64,000 nt of DNA from an uncultured Pseudomonadota bacterium (GTDB taxonomy: Bacteria; Pseudomonadota; Alphaproteobacteria; Rs-D84): NCBI GenBank assembly GCA_902798205.1, contig CADBVV010000001.1, positions 69,621-133,620 on the forward strand. Reading direction: 5' to 3'. The notes beneath the pieces were generated by a model, which had not been told where the DNA came from, searched no databases, and saw nothing but the letters and a program-made list of their open reading frames with translations. Shown here piece by piece: positions 8,484 through 16,143 of this stretch; position 1 is the first letter of the stretch; each line of letters opens with the position of its first letter. The translations under genes were made by a program, and so were the position numbers.

Positions 8484-9776
8484 ATGTCAAAAAAATTATT
8501 ATTATTTCTTATAGCCTTGGCTTTACCGATGGTTTCGGTTGCTGGGACGCAAAATAGCCCTAAAACAAATGTTGTTGTATCACCGTATGATGACGTGCAA
8601 AATGTTTTAGAAAAAATACCTTTCCCAGAAGATTTGTCTGCAAATATCAAGCAATTGTATTTGTCTGCTCAAATAGAGCGAAAAAAAGGCAATATCAGAG
8701 CGGCCATACGTTTTTACAGAAAAGTTCTGGACAAACGCCCAAGCTTCGTGCGCGCCCGTTTTGAATTGGCTTTGTGTTATATGGCATCAGATCGTTGGGA
8801 TCGTGCTGATTATTATTTACGCTCGGCAATGGCATCTGAAGGTTTACCAAACGATGTGAAACACGTTATGGAAGAATACAGAGCCTTGGTACGCAGAAAC
8901 AAACACTGGGATTTCTGGTTTGAGTTTGGTGATGTACCTAATGTGCGTTCAAGCATTGTTGATAACGATGAATGTATTGGTGGTACATGTGAAAAATTAA
9001 CAGAACTAAAAAACGTATCAGGTGTAAATCTTGCGGCTGGTGCTGATTACGAATTTAAATTGTCAGATAATTGGCGTTGGAAAAACGATGTTGCATTTGA
9101 AACAAATCTGTACAAGGAAAATAAATATAATGATTTAAGTCTTGCCGGTTCAACGGGCCCTCGCTATGTATGGGACGATGGGGACATCTGGTTTGCCGGG
9201 GTTGTAGGCCGCAGTTGGTACAGTCAAAAACCGCTTGGTTGGTCATACGGTGCTAAAATTGATGCCAATTATGATTTAACACGCAGATTATCATCTGGTT
9301 TGATTTTAATGGGCTTGAACAATTCGTACGATGAATATAATGATTTACTTGGTGGACAGACATATACTGCGGTACCACATTTTACGTATTATATTGATTC
9401 TACGAAATACATTGAATTGCTTGGTGAAGTGGGACGCGAAACCGCAAAGATGGATTTTCTTGCTAATTATAACTATGGTATCGGGTTAAGTTTTGGTACG
9501 GAAATGCCTTATGGATTCCTTGTATCTTTAGAACCTTACTTATATTGGGTAGATTATGATGCAGAACGTGAAATTGAAAAAAGCGATAGTACGCGTCAAA
9601 GAATTAAACAAAGAGATTTTATTCAAAAGTGTACTTTGTCTTTAATCAATACTAACATAGAATTGCTTGGTTTTATGCCAGTTTTCAAAGTTACTTATAT
9701 AAATAAAGAATCTAATGTACCAGCCCCAGCATATGATAAATGGGTATTTGGTATAGGCATAAAAAGAAAGTTTTAA
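8484..9776 (+). CDS. Outer-membrane protein with an N-terminal TPR-like region and a C-terminal beta-barrel, DUF560/Slam-like (surface lipoprotein assembly modulator, type XI secretion family)
   Basis: The start was moved to MSKKLLLFLIALALPMVSVAG, which carries a signal peptide. A TPR-like segment (AAIRFYRKVLDKRPSFVRARFELALCYMASDRWDRADYYLRSA) is followed by a strand-rich region ending in GIGIKRKF. The family assignment is from memory of DUF560 architecture only. Confidence 0.5.
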   Translation: MSKKLLLFLIALALPMVSVAGTQNSPKTNVVVSPYDDVQNVLEKIPFPEDLSANIKQLYLSAQIERKKGNIRAAIRFYRKVLDKRPSFVRARFELALCYMASDRWDRADYYLRSAMASEGLPNDVKHVMEEYRALVRRNKHWDFWFEFGDVPNVRSSIVDNDECIGGTCEKLTELKNVSGVNLAAGADYEFKLSDNWRWKNDVAFETNLYKENKYNDLSLAGSTGPRYVWDDGDIWFAGVVGRSWYSQKPLGWSYGAKIDANYDLTRRLSSGLILMGLNNSYDEYNDLLGGQTYTAVPHFTYYIDSTKYIELLGEVGRETAKMDFLANYNYGIGLSFGTEMPYGFLVSLEPYLYWVDYDAEREIEKSDSTRQRIKQRDFIQKCTLSLINTNIELLGFMPVFKVTYINKESNVPAPAYDKWVFGIGIKRKF

Positions 9777-9784
9777 GTTAAAGC

Positions 9785-9811
9785 AAAACCCGCCTAAAAC
9801 GGCGGGTTTTT
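9785..9811. terminator. Bidirectional rho-independent terminator between converging genes
   Basis: Stem cccgcc/ggcggg with loop taaaac, flanked by an A-run and a T-run. Confidence 0.7.
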
Positions 9812-9816
9812 ATTTA

Positions 9817-10212
9817 CCTTTTATTTTTTCAAATACTGCGTTGGGTTGTATGCCTTGGTTCCCTTACGAATTTCAAAATGCAATTGTGGTTGATCAACCT
9901 TGCCTGTTTTGCCGACACGACCAATTTGTGTTCCAACACCAACACGTGCACCACGTTTCACAGACATAGAATCAAGATGTGCATAAATTGTCATCCATCC
10001 ATCACTGTGTTGAATAATTATTAAATTACCCATGCCCTTGACTTCATTACCAGCGTATGCAACAACACCATTTTCTGCTGCTTTGACCGCCGCACCCAAC
10101 GGTGCAGAAATATTGATACCGTCATTAAACAAACCGTTATTTTTTGCACCATATACAGATAAAATCTTGCCCCGCAACGGCCACGAAAACTTTGAACTTG
10201 AACGTGCAACAA
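9817..10212. repeat. Direct repeat copy A (~396 bp) of the nlpD 3' end
   Basis: Aligns base for base with 14030..14425 (constant offset 4213). I counted about 14 mismatches by eye. Confidence 0.92.
9821..10212 (-). pseudogene. Detached M23 (LytM) peptidase domain, a duplicated 3' fragment of nlpD lacking the signal peptide and LysM domains
   Basis: The translation VARSSSKFSWPLRGKIL...HFEIRKGTKAYNPTQYLKK differs at only 2 residues from the last ~130 aa of the 14034..15392 product. The upstream sequence is unrelated to nlpD. Confidence 0.7.
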
Positions 10213-10310
10213 TGTTTATCAATTGTATATTCATTTGGTTTTGTAAATGCATCCGCCAAAATAATATTTGGCATAAATAACAATAATAAAAATGTAAGTA
10301 TGTGTTTCAT
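10213..10310 (-). pseudogene. 5' remnant of a second trypsin-like protease gene (signal peptide plus ~12 aa), joined out of frame to the M23 fragment
   Basis: The reading MKHILTFLLLLFMPNIILADAFTKPNEYTIDK parallels MKRLLTFLLLLVPNVVLADACTNPNEYTIDKR of the 11217..12122 protease. This frame is offset by 1 nt from the M23 frame and stops after ~52 codons. Confidence 0.6.
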
Positions 10311-11213
10311 CTAATAAGAACTTTCTGTGTATGAATAAAACAAATCTCTGTCGCTCGTCATTCCTCTTATTTTTGCCCCAGGAATTTTTGAAGATTTCCA
10401 TTTTTCTATATCTTTAATTTCTATAATTTTGCAACCAAACGCTGGGTTACAATCTTGTTTTTTCTTTGGAACATATTGATACATACCGTCTTTTATATCT
10501 TGATTTAATTGATTTCTCCATTGATGCCATTCCTGATAATTATATACAGATTTAAACACATCCAAAAAAACACTATTGCTAATATTATTTGGATCATCAG
10601 AATCAGATTCTATAGTCAACGACACTTCGTATTCGGCACGAATATTTGTTAAATGATCATCTATGGACACCGATAAATACGGGCTTCCAAAATCTTGAGT
10701 TGTTATTTTATATTCTTCAAAACCATCTGGATACAAACAAGTATGTTTTCGTTCGTCACGTAACATTTTATTTACTTCGTATCTACCATTGTTTTTATTT
10801 TTATATAATTTATGTCCATTACATTGTTCAGAATCCATAATCCCTTCGTCCAACCAATAATATACTTCTCTACCATTTTCATATATTTCATTTTTTATTG
10901 CACGACCAGATTCTGCACTTTTTTGTTCCATTAACCACATAAAGAAATCTTTGTAATCGTTAAAAGTTTTTTCTGCCAGATAGTTGTTGTATTTTACAAC
11001 CTTTTGCACATCTGTATAATCTTTGTAAGATTCCACCAAATCAGGGTCTATTTGCTTCATTCGTTCTTCGATAATAGGCAATTGTTGTTTCATTATTTCG
11101 CTGTATTCCTGTAAATATCCAAATGTAGAATCTTGTTTTACAGCATCATACTTATCACCAAAACAAAATGTTGGTATAATCATTAACAACAAAAATGCAA
11201 ATATTCGTTTCAT
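10311..11213 (-). CDS. Secreted hypothetical protein, family A paralogue 2 (300 aa)
   Basis: Signal peptide MKRIFAFLLLMIIPTFCFG. It shares blocks with the 12124..13071 product (KYNNYLAEKTFN, GIMDSEQCNG, HTCLYPDGFEEY, QDIKDGM, EIKDIEKWKS) and 4 conserved Cys. Confidence 0.8.
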   Translation of the reverse strand: MKRIFAFLLLMIIPTFCFGDKYDAVKQDSTFGYLQEYSEIMKQQLPIIEERMKQIDPDLVESYKDYTDVQKVVKYNNYLAEKTFNDYKDFFMWLMEQKSAESGRAIKNEIYENGREVYYWLDEGIMDSEQCNGHKLYKNKNNGRYEVNKMLRDERKHTCLYPDGFEEYKITTQDFGSPYLSVSIDDHLTNIRAEYEVSLTIESDSDDPNNISNSVFLDVFKSVYNYQEWHQWRNQLNQDIKDGMYQYVPKKKQDCNPAFGCKIIEIKDIEKWKSSKIPGAKIRGMTSDRDLFYSYTESSY

Positions 11214-11216
11214 TGT

Positions 11217-12122
11217 TTATTTTAAATAATTTATAGCACCACCTATTCTAGCATGCACATTTCCGCCTATACCAGCACCACCTCTTGTTACAATACCCAT
11301 CATATTACCTTCATCATCAAAAACACCACCACCAGAGTTTCCACCCCATCCTCTGCAATCTTGTAAACCACCCGTACTAGCAATCTTACAATAAGATACT
11401 TTTAATATTTTATCAGCAAAAATGCTTTTATAATAATTTGTTTCCTGCTCTAACAAATATTTTAAAAAACCAATTGATGCTTCATGAATGAACATTATAC
11501 CATCTTCTTCTATTTCGTATTTGGGCTGTTTCAGATTGTTTTTTTGTAAATAATTAATATATTTTTGTTTAATTTCTTTTATTTCTTGATCACTCATTAT
11601 CTTTAAAGCTCCATATCCGATTAACCTGGCATCATAAGTACGATTATAAGAATAATTTATCAAAGGAATTTTTATATATATACGTTTATTATTTGTAATA
11701 TTTGTAGAAAGAATATTTTTTTGAATATTATCGATAGAATAAATAGCCCAATCACCAGTGACATATTCATTAAGAGATACATCATAATCACCGATTTTTT
11801 TATATCTACCTGTAATTATATCACCATTTTGCGTGATAAATCTTAAATTATCGCCATAAACATTATCTTGATTTACATCCGTACAATGTTTGGCAGTATA
11901 AATACTTAATTCGTCATTTTGCTCTAAAATTACAGTCCCTGTACAATAAATCACATCTTCATTGTCCATTATTCCAACTACAGAAACATATGGTTTTTCT
12001 TTCTTTTGTTCTTCTGTAACATAACAACGTTTATCAATTGTGTATTCATTTGGGTTTGTACACGCATCCGCCAAAACAACATTTGGAACAAGTAACAACA
12101 AAAAAGTCAGTAATCTTTTCAT
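11217..12122 (-). CDS. Secreted trypsin-like (S1/chymotrypsin-fold) serine protease
   Basis: Signal peptide MKRLLTFLLLLVPNVVLA. The candidate triad is His in YTAKHC, Asp in GDWAIY and Ser in GWGGNSGGGVF. An unusually long insert separates the Asp and Ser regions. Confidence 0.72.
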   Translation of the reverse strand: MKRLLTFLLLLVPNVVLADACTNPNEYTIDKRCYVTEEQKKEKPYVSVVGIMDNEDVIYCTGTVILEQNDELSIYTAKHCTDVNQDNVYGDNLRFITQNGDIITGRYKKIGDYDVSLNEYVTGDWAIYSIDNIQKNILSTNITNNKRIYIKIPLINYSYNRTYDARLIGYGALKIMSDQEIKEIKQKYINYLQKNNLKQPKYEIEEDGIMFIHEASIGFLKYLLEQETNYYKSIFADKILKVSYCKIASTGGLQDCRGWGGNSGGGVFDDEGNMMGIVTRGGAGIGGNVHARIGGAINYLK

Positions 12123-12123
12123 T

Positions 12124-13071
12124 TTAATCGATGTTTTCTTCTAATTCATGATGAATTGTATGTCCTGTTGCCAGCTCTTTAACTTTATAGTCTGCCCCCC
12201 AATTACCAGAACGCCATTTTGACATATCTTTAATCTCTGTAAATCGGCAACGGCCATCTAAACAATATCCGTCTTCTTTATATTCTCTCATTCCGTCTTT
12301 TATATCTTGTTGCCAATTGTTTCTTTCTGTTTGGTGTTCGTAATAAGTTGTTTCTTGTGATGAAATATCGAGATAAAAAGCACTTGTTTGGTTTTTAGAA
12401 TCATCCAAATAAGATTCTTTATTTAAAGATATCTTGTATGTTTTATGTGTGTTATTTGCAACAGAATCAATACTTAACAATAATATTTTTGTATTATTAT
12501 GATTTGCACCAGCATTTTCAATTACCAGAGTATAATCTTCAAAACCATCTGGGTAAAGGCAGGTGTGATCACGTTGGTCTTTCAATTGTTTTTCTACTTC
12601 TTCACGGCTATAATCTTTGGCTTTATATGTTCCACCATTACATTGATCGCTGTCCATTATCCCTGCATCTAACCAAATAAAACTTTCTTTGGTAAGATTT
12701 AGATTGCTTCCATCACCATAATTTTTCGTGCGTACTGCTCTATTAGTTTCATGGCCATGTCTATATAAATCTGCTATGAAACGATCTTTATATTCATTAA
12801 ATGTTTTTTCAGCCAAATAATTATTATATTTTACTATTTTTTGAAAAACCGTATCGTCTTTTGATGATCGAACCAATTTAGCACCTGTTCCAAGTGGGTC
12901 ATTAGCTAAACTAGATATTCTGGCTTCTATTATTGGTAATGATTGTTTCATAATATTGTCATATTCTTGAACACCAGAAAAAACAGGATCTTGTTTCATC
13001 TCGTCATAGTTCTTTGCAAAACAAGGTAATGATATGCTTAGCAATAATAAAAATGCATATGCTCGGTTCAT
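12124..13071 (-). CDS. Secreted hypothetical protein, family A paralogue 1 (315 aa)
   Basis: Signal peptide MNRAYAFLLLLSISLPCFA. It is a paralogue of the 10311..11213 product. Its start overlaps the upstream stop by 1 nt (TAATG). Confidence 0.8.
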   Translation of the reverse strand: MNRAYAFLLLLSISLPCFAKNYDEMKQDPVFSGVQEYDNIMKQSLPIIEARISSLANDPLGTGAKLVRSSKDDTVFQKIVKYNNYLAEKTFNEYKDRFIADLYRHGHETNRAVRTKNYGDGSNLNLTKESFIWLDAGIMDSDQCNGGTYKAKDYSREEVEKQLKDQRDHTCLYPDGFEDYTLVIENAGANHNNTKILLLSIDSVANNTHKTYKISLNKESYLDDSKNQTSAFYLDISSQETTYYEHQTERNNWQQDIKDGMREYKEDGYCLDGRCRFTEIKDMSKWRSGNWGADYKVKELATGHTIHHELEENID

Positions 13072-14021
13072 TATTGCAAAACCTCTTCACAGCGGCCGGC
13101 TTGTTCCATCAATTTTTTAGTTAATGTAATAAGTGATATATTTAAACCTGTTTCAACGGCACCGGTTGCAACATTTGCACCAGCCATTACATTGGCTGTT
13201 GTATTTAACGCATGTTCTTTTTTCTTTTCTTCTTCGGTTAATCTAACTTTATTAGCCGCATCCATATATTTATCAGAATTCGCCGCCGCACTGGTTCCGA
13301 CCCCAACAACACCAATCGCAGTCCCCGCAATTGATGTACCCATTACACCCTTCATTCGTTTTTCGATTTTTTCAATATCTTTTATATTAATTTGATTACA
13401 CCATGTACGAACATTGCTTAATTTTTTAACAACAGTGTGTTGATTTGGGTTGATACCGGCCTTTCTTAATTCATTTTCCATATCCGGTATTGATTTCACA
13501 ATTTCATTACATGCAGATATGTGTTGAACCAATTCTGATTGATTTGTGTTTAACCCCGACATAATGGCAGATGCCAGATTAGTTCCGATTGTTCCGGCCA
13601 TTAAACCTGTACGCCAATTACCCAGTTTTTTTGATTTATCTATCTTTTGTTGTAATTCGGCAATTTGCGCCATTGGTTGTAAAACGTTCATTAAAAACTG
13701 TTCATCACTCATTGCGTTTACGCCTTCGGCGCTGCAACCACCAGATGCACACATTTTAGCAATTAATTCTTCGATTTCTTGTTCTTCTTGGGACTTCTTT
13801 ATTCCGGCAACCAATGCACCGCCGGCCGCAACCGTCCCAACCGCAGTTACCGCCGTATTCGCCTTTGATATATTGGCGACACGCCCTATTTCGTCAGAAA
13901 TTCCAGAACATGCAATACGTGTTGCTTCAAAAACTTGTTCTGCATTTTTTACAACATCAATATCATCTGCAGATGCCATAAATGGCATAAAAATCAGAAT
14001 CATTGTCAATATTCGTTTCAT
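13071..14021 (-). CDS. Secreted protein with four Gly/Ala-rich glycine-zipper-like hydrophobic segments (316 aa)
   Basis: Signal peptide MKRILTMILIFMPFMASA. The four segments are TAVTAVGTVAAGGALVAGI, GLMAGTIGTNLASAIMSGL, GVMGTSIAGTAIGVVGVGTSAAA and NVMAGANVATGAVETGL, separated by charged helical stretches. Several Cys are present. Confidence 0.8.
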   Translation of the reverse strand: MKRILTMILIFMPFMASADDIDVVKNAEQVFEATRIACSGISDEIGRVANISKANTAVTAVGTVAAGGALVAGIKKSQEEQEIEELIAKMCASGGCSAEGVNAMSDEQFLMNVLQPMAQIAELQQKIDKSKKLGNWRTGLMAGTIGTNLASAIMSGLNTNQSELVQHISACNEIVKSIPDMENELRKAGINPNQHTVVKKLSNVRTWCNQINIKDIEKIEKRMKGVMGTSIAGTAIGVVGVGTSAAANSDKYMDAANKVRLTEEEKKKEHALNTTANVMAGANVATGAVETGLNISLITLTKKLMEQAGRCEEVLQ

Positions 14022-14029
14022 TTCTAAAG

Positions 14030-14425
14030 CCTTTTATTTTTTCAAATACTGCGTTGGGTTGTATGCCTTGGTTCCCTTGCGAATTTCAAAGTGCAATTGT
14101 GGTTGATCAACTTTGCCTGTTTTGCCGACACGACCAATTTGTGTTCCAACACCAACGCGTGCACCACGTTTCACAGACATAGAATCAAGATGTGCATAAA
14201 TTGTCATCCATCCATCACTGTGTTGAATAATTATTAAATTACCCATGCCTTTGACTTCATTACCGGCATATGCAACAACACCATTTTCCGCTGCTTTGAC
14301 CGCGGCACCAAACGGTGCAGAAATATTGATACCATCATTAAACAAACCATTATTTTTTGCACCATATGCAGATAAAATCTTGCCCCGCAACGGCCACGAA
14401 AACTTTGAACTTGAACGCGCAACAA
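14030..14425. repeat. Direct repeat copy B (~396 bp), the 3' end of intact nlpD
   Basis: See copy A at 9817..10212. Confidence 0.92.
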
Positions 14426-15392
14426 CCTTTGGTAATTGTTGTTTTGGGTTTGAAGATATCTTTTGTTTTTCTGTATTTTTCGCGACAGTTTTTGTATCCG
14501 CTGGCTTTGCGGTCGTTTTGTTTTCCGCTGTGTTTTTCGCAGGTGTAATTTTTACAACTGTTGTTTTCTCAGTTTTTATTTCCGACACAGACGCTGTTTT
14601 AACATTGTTTAACTTTGGCACTTTGATTTTTTGGCCAACAGACAAAACAAACGGACTGGATATTTTATTCATAACCGCCAAATCATTAACTGGTATTTCA
14701 TATTGACGCGACAAAGAATACAATGTATCGCCCTTTTGCACCGTGATTTCTTGCAAATCTACACGTTTGGTCCCTGTTGGTTTTATTGTTTCTTTGGCCA
14801 CAACTTTTTCTTTGGCAATAACATTTGGCACTTCCTGTTTTACAGTTGCACTTCGTTTTGTTGTTAATTTTTGACCGATCGATAAAGTATACGGTTCGTG
14901 TAAATTATTTACATCGGCAAATTCAGAAACCGTCATACCGTTTTTACGTGCCAACGAATAAACAGTGTCCCCTTTTGCAACAATTATAACATCACCACCG
15001 GCTGGTTCTTTCTTTGGTGCCGGTGTATCAATAATTGTATTTCCGCCATACATTGGAACAATTAAATAATCTTGTTCTGTTTGTTGTTCTGTGATTTTTG
15101 TTTCTTCGTTTTCTGGGACCAAAACGTAATCATCAACACTGGCATATAAAACATAATCATTTATATTTGACGAACCGTATAATTCAGGCGAAGCATACAC
15201 ACCATAATCAGTCACCGCAGAATTATAGATTTCAGGCTGGGTATTCGGATCCGCCAACAATGCCGGATATCTGTCTTCGATAAACATACCAATACTATCA
15301 GGAATAGAAGCAATTTTTGGTTGCAAATCACATGCGCCCAAGACAAGCGCACACAAAACAGACACTTTGAAAAAAGTTTTATACATTCTCAC
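14034..15392 (-). CDS. nlpD: LysM-domain M23 murein hydrolase activator lipoprotein (NlpD-like)
   Basis: Lipobox VLGAC, two LysM repeats (GDTVYSLARKNGMTVSEF and GDTLYSLSRQYEIPVNDL), a Thr/Lys-rich linker and a C-terminal M23 domain (HSDGWMTIYAHL, HFEIRK). Confidence 0.85.
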   Translation of the reverse strand: MRMYKTFFKVSVLCALVLGACDLQPKIASIPDSIGMFIEDRYPALLADPNTQPEIYNSAVTDYGVYASPELYGSSNINDYVLYASVDDYVLVPENEETKITEQQTEQDYLIVPMYGGNTIIDTPAPKKEPAGGDVIIVAKGDTVYSLARKNGMTVSEFADVNNLHEPYTLSIGQKLTTKRSATVKQEVPNVIAKEKVVAKETIKPTGTKRVDLQEITVQKGDTLYSLSRQYEIPVNDLAVMNKISSPFVLSVGQKIKVPKLNNVKTASVSEIKTEKTTVVKITPAKNTAENKTTAKPADTKTVAKNTEKQKISSNPKQQLPKVVARSSSKFSWPLRGKILSAYGAKNNGLFNDGINISAPFGAAVKAAENGVVAYAGNEVKGMGNLIIIQHSDGWMTIYAHLDSMSVKRGARVGVGTQIGRVGKTGKVDQPQLHFEIRKGTKAYNPTQYLKK

Positions 15393-15441
15393 ATTTTGAA
15401 TTATATCATAAAATCAATGTAAAATAAAATACTTATGCGCA

Positions 15442-16143
15442 TCAATCACGCATAAACAAAACGCTGATTTCAAACAACAACAACATCGGCACAGCCAATA
15501 AAATTTGGGACAAAATATCTGGTGGTGTTAACATTGCAGCCAATATAAAAACACCAATTATTACATATCTGCGACTTTTAATTGCCGTTTGTTTTGAAAG
15601 CAAACCCACCCTGTTCAAACCAACCAAAATCAAAGGTAATTGAAATGCCAAACCGAAAACTTTTAACAGCCCAATTGAAAAGGCCAAATATCCTTTTATT
15701 GATGGCAAAAGAACCGTTGGCACAGATGCGGATTCATTTATTTCAATAAAGAATTTAAATACAAATGGGAACAAAACATAAAAGGCAAATGCCGCCCCCA
15801 ACACAAATAATAACGGCGAAAAAAGAAATATAGGAATCAAAAATTGCTTTTCATTTTTATGCAATCCCGGTGCAATATATGCCCATATATTCCATAACAA
15901 TACTGGCGTAGTTATTATCAGCGCCACCAATGTTGCCAATGAAAATTGTATCATTAAACCATCGCTGATTTCTGTATATAACAATGCTGCATTTTCCCAT
16001 ACACTTATCAAAGGCGCACTTAAAAACGCTTCAACAAAATCTGATATCACCCAACCAAAAACAAAAGCCAACACAAATACAACCGCAGTCCATAATATTC
16101 TGCGACGCAATTCTGAAAAATGTTGCATTAATGTCATTTTCAT
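15442..16143 (-). CDS. tatC: Twin-arginine translocase subunit TatC
   Basis: N-terminus LMQHFSELRRRIL, six predicted TM segments, and a 4-nt overlap with the upstream TatB-like gene. Confidence 0.9.
   Translation of the reverse strand: MKMTLMQHFSELRRRILWTAVVFVLAFVFGWVISDFVEAFLSAPLISVWENAALLYTEISDGLMIQFSLATLVALIITTPVLLWNIWAYIAPGLHKNEKQFLIPIFLFSPLLFVLGAAFAFYVLFPFVFKFFIEINESASVPTVLLPSIKGYLAFSIGLLKVFGLAFQLPLILVGLNRVGLLSKQTAIKSRRYVIIGVFILAAMLTPPDILSQILLAVPMLLLFEISVLFMRD

Larger units (their letters stand above)
10213..14029 (-). other. Accessory cassette bracketed by the duplicated nlpD 3' ends
   Basis: This is the region between repeat copies A and B. It holds four intact co-directional genes plus a gene remnant. 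No integrase or transposase is present. Confidence 0.55.

Noticed and set aside
9821-10252. The 143-aa ORF taken at face value as an intact stand-alone M23 peptidase gene
   Set aside because: Its first ~14 codons (MHLQNQMNIQLINI) are an out-of-frame reading of protease-derived sequence. It has no signal peptide or RBS, and the rest duplicates the nlpD 3' end. It is better described as a recombination fragment, although expression cannot be excluded.
13546-14106. 186-aa plus-strand ORF, with similar long antisense ORFs at 2105-2683(-), 7592-8074(+), 14245-14706(+), 19711-20163(+), 22577-23140(+), 33387-33842(-), 35832-36287(-), 40260-40745(+), 41469-41984(+), 47923-48309(-), 56350-57213(+) and 60812-61318(+)
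   Set aside because: Each lies entirely antisense to a gene with strong motif support. Their translations are low-complexity or Cys/Phe/Ile-rich, as expected of shadow frames in AT-rich coding DNA. None has its own signals.
9817-14425. Calling the repeat-bracketed cassette a mobile element, genomic island or prophage
   Set aside because: There is no integrase, transposase, recombinase, tRNA attachment site, inverted repeat or phage gene in or near it. Only the direct repeat and the chimeric junction are visible, so it is reported as a finding and not annotated as a mobile element.
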